From Tubiluchus corallicola (lineage: Eukaryota > Animalia > Priapulida), in contig JAQGDQ010001715.1 in the NCBI GenBank assembly GCA_030141605.1, positions 1-28,139 on the forward strand: a stretch of 28,139 nucleotides of DNA, written 5' to 3'. Under the pieces are notes generated by a model. It was not told the DNA's origin. It did no database searches and saw only the letters and a program-made list of their open reading frames with translations. Numbering within the stretch: the stretch's first letter is position 1; every line of letters begins with the position of its first letter. Below, piece by piece: positions 22,601 to 28,139 of the stretch. A program made the position numbers and the translations under genes.

Positions 22601-25497
22601 CCTCAACCCCATTAGGGGCCTAGGCGGCCCCGAAACCCCCGGCCTGTTTCAGAGTTTTTTGCAATTTGTCATTCTCATTTCTGAATATTATGTAACTTAC
22701 CCATTTAACCACTCAGGTTAGGAGACAGGATAAAGTATCATTGGTTTACGTGTCTAGATAGTTTATTTCTGTTTACCATGTTTGTTGATTTGATCCAGCA
22801 AGTGCTTTTAGTATTACGTACACAGTTTTAAAGGAAAACCGGACGATTGTGTACACATTAGTTCAAAATAAAGTATGCTTTCACATACTGAAAACTACAA
22901 TGGCTTTTTTAGATCAAAGCTGACGTTATATAATAATTACATCGAATAGTTCAATTTTGTTAAACTTTCAAAGCTATGCGCGGCTCAGCAAATCCAGTAA
23001 GACTGGCAGTGGTGCCTTTTGTCACATTAGTGTGGGCGATAAATGGGCGCGGTACCGTGATAAGCATGATCATGGACTGTAGTGTTCATCTGTGACGTCA
23101 GTGTGACGTAGAGCTCATTTTTGTGACATCACATCAGCCTTTTATATCATCACGTGACATCACACCAGCCTTTTATATCATCACGTGACATCACATCAGT
23201 CTTATATCATCACGTGACATCACATCAGCCTTTTATATCATCACGTGACATCACATCAGTTGGTTAAACATTTCTATCCCAAAGTGAGTCTATTAAGCAG
23301 TGCCTACTGTAAATTTTAACTTGGTTCTAATGACCAAGTTCATTTTACAGATTTTTAGATGATCTTGATGAAGGTGTTTACATTCAACAGACATTAGAAG
23401 CCGTCTTGTTGAACAGCGATGGCAAACAGCTCATGGTATGAATTTCTTCTCTTTGGCTAAACACATAGTACTTCGCATTCTCTTCAGATATTTTTCAAAT
23501 ACGCCAGTAGGGCATATCTCGAGTTAAAGTGTGTTGCTAACTGCCTATTTGCATGGATCTGCCCTCGCAAACTGGTTTTTGAATGTAAATTTAGTGTTAA
23601 ATTTGCATCGTAACGAATTGTCATTCAAGTCTATAGTATAGCTGGCATTTTGTCCAACTGGCCATGTAATTAGCTGAATTAGGCTTCTTTCTTAGATACA
23701 TATATATATATGATTTCACCTGTAGTTTTTGGTCACTTGGTTTTCTGCTTTTCAACATGACACTACTTCACTGTTTATGTAGACATTTCAGGATAAAATC
23801 TTAAAACTAAATTTCAAGTTTTTTGGTTTCTTCAAACCAAAAGTTTGAAGAAAGTTCTTCAAAAGTTCTTCAAACCAAAACCTTATTACTATATATATAT
23901 ATATATTTAGTAATAAATATAGTAATATAAATTACTATATATATATATATATATAGTAATTTATCTGTGCCAAAGGCCTAGCTAGCCAACAGTCACATGG
24001 TTTAGACAATCACTATGTTGTTCCTTTGCTCATTATCAAGGATGACCATGGACACAGTATAATGGGTATGTATAAAGTCTTTCTGTAAGAAGTATGTAAG
24101 AAAACTGAGATACGTTAAACAATTAAAAATCACTGCTGCTTAAATCATATAAATTTAACATTTTATTTGTAATTTGTAAACATTGCATTTATTAACGTAA
24201 CATTTATTATTTGTAAAATTTTCTGTCTCATTTTACCGATGTTAAAAGATTCTTTACACGTGTATATTTTTAGTGCGAGGCTCTTTATTTATATGGAGTC
24301 ATGTTACTGATCATTGATATGCGTATTGAAGGAGCCGTGAGAGAAAGATTGTTAGTCTCTTACTATAGATACAGGTAAAATATTCTACTGTAAATTTGCA
24401 AAATCACTTAACCTTTGACCTTTTCAAGATCATCATCAATCGCTGAAAAGGCTTATTTGCATTGTAATGCATTGGAAAGGGTTGGTTGTTTGTAGTTGAT
24501 GCAAGACTATAGAGAAGTGTACACAATTGTAATGAATGCTCTCTTGTTTGTCCAGTTTATTAAAGTAGAAGTTGATTACAGCAAATTATAATCTTTGAGT
24601 TCTGTGTGTTTTTTTTCTATAGAGTATAATGACTACACGTGAAATTGCTCAATTTATTTCTAGTGCGGCTCAAACAGCAGGGGATTCAAACATCGATGAC
24701 GTGTGTAAGTTGTTAAGAGGAACCGGCTTCTCCGGGGCAGTTGGTGCTAAGCGTCCGCTCAATTACCCCGAGGAATATTTTGGGTATGTTGGATTGAAAT
24801 GGACACAGTAACCAAGCTATGCTTTTAGGCTCAAACTGTATGCATCAAAATTATTCTCTAATGTAATTTGCACATGTATAAGAATCTCTTTTGTAATTTC
24901 TGGATAATATCGCATTCATATTTATATTTACTTCAGTGAAATTATCTGTATTTTTATTATAACTGTTAGATACAGAGTGGACATAAATAAACTTCTAAAC
25001 TTATAAACCACCTCTTTTCATCCTATGTGAGAGGCATGGGGCACCTCAGCTTTCTCCTGATGTTAAACCTTATCCACGGGTGCAGAGAGTAAACAGATCA
25101 GCCAGAATAACAATGTGAACTCTTGCTTAATTATTTAACATTTAGTCATGTTTAAGTCAGTGGTTAATCAGTAAACTACATATAACTGGAATTCTTGTCA
25201 AACAGATCTCATGGAATAGATTTTCCATTTCATTTTTTCCTTTATACCAGACGGTTTAGTCTACCGGTAATGCGTCTGCTTTCCATCTGGGAGGTCGTGA
25301 GTTCAAACCAGCGGCCGGGTCATACCAAACACTTTAAAAATGGTACCTGCTTTGCCCTGCCTGACACGTGGTATTTAGGGTAAAAGTGGGGTAATAATAG
25401 TCTCTGTTATGTAGTTGTAGGTTGTTATTTACAGTCAGCGATAATAGGTCTTTGAGCTAATGTTATTTGTTGACCCAAAAGCCGACTTTAAATAAAG

Positions 25498-25529
<32 letters not shown>

Positions 25530-26534
25530 GTAATATATAAACCTAGTGTAACTCGAATTATCATGTAACTTGAGCCAAACTCCTGCTACAATTTTTAAGG
25601 ATCTGATTGAAACTACCTCACCATTTGAAAAACCTCCCAAACAAAGAAGTCCTTCACAAAAGTGTGCACCACGTTACGATTTTAACTGCTAGTTTAAGCA
25701 AAAAATGATAAAATTTCTTAAACTATACTAACAGAACACTAAACACAACTCAGTTTGATGAACGTACTTTAATAACTAGATCACATTATTATTACTGCCA
25801 AATTCTATTGACCATGCTACTGAGGCTACAATAAAGGTGGACCAGTCATTTTATTTTTGATTATTCATAAAAACTTGTTGTTTGATATCTGACTGAAAGC
25901 TCAGTTTGTCATTTTCACAGGCTGTAGTGTTACTAGTGTATTGTTCGACATTGATGAGTGACTCAATCTTGTTTTCTTACGAACTTTGTCTAACTCGAAC
26001 CCTCGCATAACTTAAACAAATTGTTCAGTCTCAAGGAGTTACATTTTTACATAGTTTTGTGTATTATTATACCACCTGCTTTCACTTATCACATACTAAG
26101 TTTTTCATACACTTACGTTTCACTTACCGTATTTTTTCAGCTCAGATATTTATAAAAACGTGAGTGATAGAATATCGAGGACCTAAATACGTGTTTATTT
26201 ACATCGTGAAACTTTTTTTTCCGTAGGAGAATTCCGATCAGCTCAGTTTATGTAAACATGGTGATTGGTCGATTAAGATCGGATGACATCTACAATCAGA
26301 TATCAGCGTACCCGTTCCCGGAGCATCGGAGCACCGCCCTTTCTACGCAAGCTTCCATGCTGTACGTTGTGCTGTACTTCTCAGCTTCCATTCTGCATAA
26401 TCAACAAGCCAAGATGCGGGAAATTGTCGACAAATATTTTCCGGATAACTGGGTAAGAGGGCGGAATTATGGGATAACCAGTCGCTTTTATAAGAAAAAG
26501 GTGTAAAATAATTAGCTACAGATGATGGTGGTGG

Positions 26535-26633
<99 letters not shown>

Positions 26634-26652
26634 AAGAGAGAGAGATGGGGAT

Positions 26653-26684
<32 letters not shown>

Positions 26685-26705
26685 AAAAGAGAGAGAGATG
26701 GGGAT

Positions 26706-26740
<35 letters not shown>

Positions 26741-26750
26741 CCGAGAGAGT

Positions 26751-26790
<40 letters not shown>

Positions 26791-26918
26791 GAGAGAGAGA
26801 AAGAGAGAGAAAGAGAAAAGAGAGAGAGATGGGGAGAGAGAAAGAGAAAGAGAAAAGAGAGAGAGATGGGGAGAGAGAAAGAGAGAGAGAGAGAGACAGA
26901 GAGAGAGAAAGAGACAGA

Positions 26919-27006
<88 letters not shown>

Positions 27007-27967
27007 GTAAACTTAATGCAGTGATGTAGGGAATGCTTGCGTTGCACGAGGGGCAAAAAACGTCTACCTTTTAACGTTTTGATCATTTGTTCCGTGGGTG
27101 AAATCACAAATTTTGTGCATTTTTTGCGTCTCTAAGCCCGACTTTCCTTTTTCTTAATGACGGGATAAAGATAAACTAATTTTCCTATGTTTGATTTGCG
27201 GTACTGCACTAGAATAACTCTTTTCTATGCATTACTTGCTCATAACACGACAGTCCTTAAACATTCAGCTCCAGCATTAAAACATGCAAAGATTATGAAA
27301 GATACAGAACACTACAGGTTTTCACAATAATACAATCTGCATTTAGAGAAACGTCGCTGTTTCTCCCAAAATTGTCTATCAGCTAAACCACATGGACACC
27401 CTACACAGGCCATTAAGTAACAACATTAGTCTTTTTTTCTAGACTGTATGTAGTAATTAGTTCAGCTACAACGATCTTTGACGAGGCGTAGTTTGAAAAT
27501 TAACATAGTTTAAAACTAACTAACTAACAAACTCTGACACGCTGTTTAAGTAACAACATTAGTCTTTTTTCTAGACTGTATGTAGTAATTAACTCAGCTA
27601 CGATGATCTTTAACATTTGATGATGAGCAATTTTGTTAGTGCTTATACAGGCACCATCATTGATTCATTGAAATAACATAGAAAGTGCTACTTAATAGGT
27701 CTCTTTGGTTTATGAATCCAACGTCTTGATTTAGCTGCCCAACAAAGTGGATTTGTTAAGCAAAGTATACTGTAATAATATATAGTTAAGGATGGTTAAT
27801 TTTTTCTATTTTGTAGTTCTGTATGTCGTGTAGCATTTAGTATATATTTTCAGGTTATTGCAGTTTACATGGGGATAATTGTGAATCTAGTTGAAGCATG
27901 GGAACCGTACAAAGCTGCTAGAACAGCATTGGCAAATTCTCTAGATCCTGCTAATGTGAAAGATTTG
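19646..27967 (+). CDS. WASHC5: WASH complex subunit 5 (strumpellin), first 7 coding exons (326 aa); gene continues past the window
   Basis: Exons 19646-19870 ([33 protein letters not shown]...), 22020-22126 ([21 protein letters not shown]...), 23351-23435, 24274-24374, 24664-24783, 26227-26452 ([26 protein letters not shown]...DKYFPDNW) and 27854-27967. All GT-AG with consistent phases. An acceptor ending at 19625 suggests an upstream 5'UTR exon. Confidence 0.96.
19949..21040. repeat. 71-bp minisatellite (~15 copies) in WASHC5 intron 1
   Basis: Unit cagtcacaatattg(t/c)acaggagagagcaatttcaagcttggtagaactgttacctgtacagtaagt(c/a)ctca. Confidence 0.95.
21050..21660. mobile_element. MITE-like element, copy 2
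   Basis: Colinear homology to 11462-12438 without the internal duplication. Ends CATAAGTTGGCA ... TGACAATTTATG. Confidence 0.7.
21732..22034 (+). repeat. 73-bp tandem repeat (~4 copies) spanning the WASHC5 exon 2 acceptor
   Basis: Unit ...tgtgtttttgtgtagGATTTGCAAGATCTGATGgtatgtaatgtttgttc...; the last copy runs into the true exon at 22020. Confidence 0.95.
22149..22683. mobile_element. Non-autonomous DNA transposon (hAT-like termini)
   Basis: TIRs CAGGGATGAGAAT and (rc) CAGAAATGAGAAT, flanked on both sides by AATATT, with a GC-rich CCCC/GGGG subterminal block. Confidence 0.7.
23123..23258. repeat. 31-bp minisatellite (~4.5 copies)
   Basis: Unit gtgacatcacatcagccttttatatcatcac. Confidence 0.9.
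25247..25529 (+). mobile_element. tRNA-derived SINE
   Basis: Degenerate A box, B box GAGTTCAAACC (~25298), core GGCCGGGTCATACCAAACACTTTAAAAATGGTAC (recalled as Meta/RUDI-like), then AATAAA and a (TTA)n tail. Confidence 0.75.
26537..27002. repeat. Compound (GA)n microsatellite
   Basis: ~465 bp purine tract with internal higher-order repeats. Confidence 0.97.
27413..27611. repeat. ~66-bp direct repeat, copies 133 bp apart
   Basis: ttaagtaacaacattagtcttttttctagactgtatgtagtaatta... at 27413 and 27546. Confidence 0.8.
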
Positions 27968-28139
27968 GTTTGTGTAATATGAATTTGTCACTTGTGATTG
28001 TGTAATGATGTCATTTATTTTCTGCTTTGGTTATAAGCGTCGTAATTGTTTGTCTTGGCTGAATTTGTAGCATTGAAAATGACAGTTGTTGTCGAAACCA
28101 TCGTCTCTACTAATAAACAACATGTTAATATGTAAATAA

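Noticed and set aside
26343-27107. 254-aa SL-repeat and ER-repeat ORFs
   Set aside because: Translation of the (GA)n microsatellite.

Overview
AT-rich, intron-rich animal genomic DNA. It is probably an invertebrate; the 5S head reads lophotrochozoan-like from memory. I assembled three spliced genes by hand. UBE2F (NEDD8 E2, minus strand) has coding exons 1-4 at 8373->3234, and its last ~38 codons are not in the window. VPS25 (ESCRT-II, plus strand, 10320-16749) is complete at 6 exons and 176 aa, sits head-to-head with UBE2F, and has a U12-type intron 2. WASHC5/strumpellin (plus strand, from 19646) is present as its first 7 coding exons. The ~2.4 kb divergent-promoter segment carrying the first coding exons of both UBE2F and VPS25 (8144-10538) recurs as a slightly diverged inverted copy at 620-3018, joined into UBE2F intron 4 at a 5-bp microhomology. 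Bases 1-619 look like a long-read fold-back artefact. The introns hold a 5S-headed SINE-like element, a tRNA-SINE, an LTR, several MITEs, an L2 3' fragment and many minisatellites. Two arrays in WASHC5 intron 1 multiply splice signals, and one of them builds three in-frame 18-nt micro-exon cassettes. No prokaryotic system or CRISPR is supported. Gene and repeat-family names come from recalled sequence similarity, not database searches.
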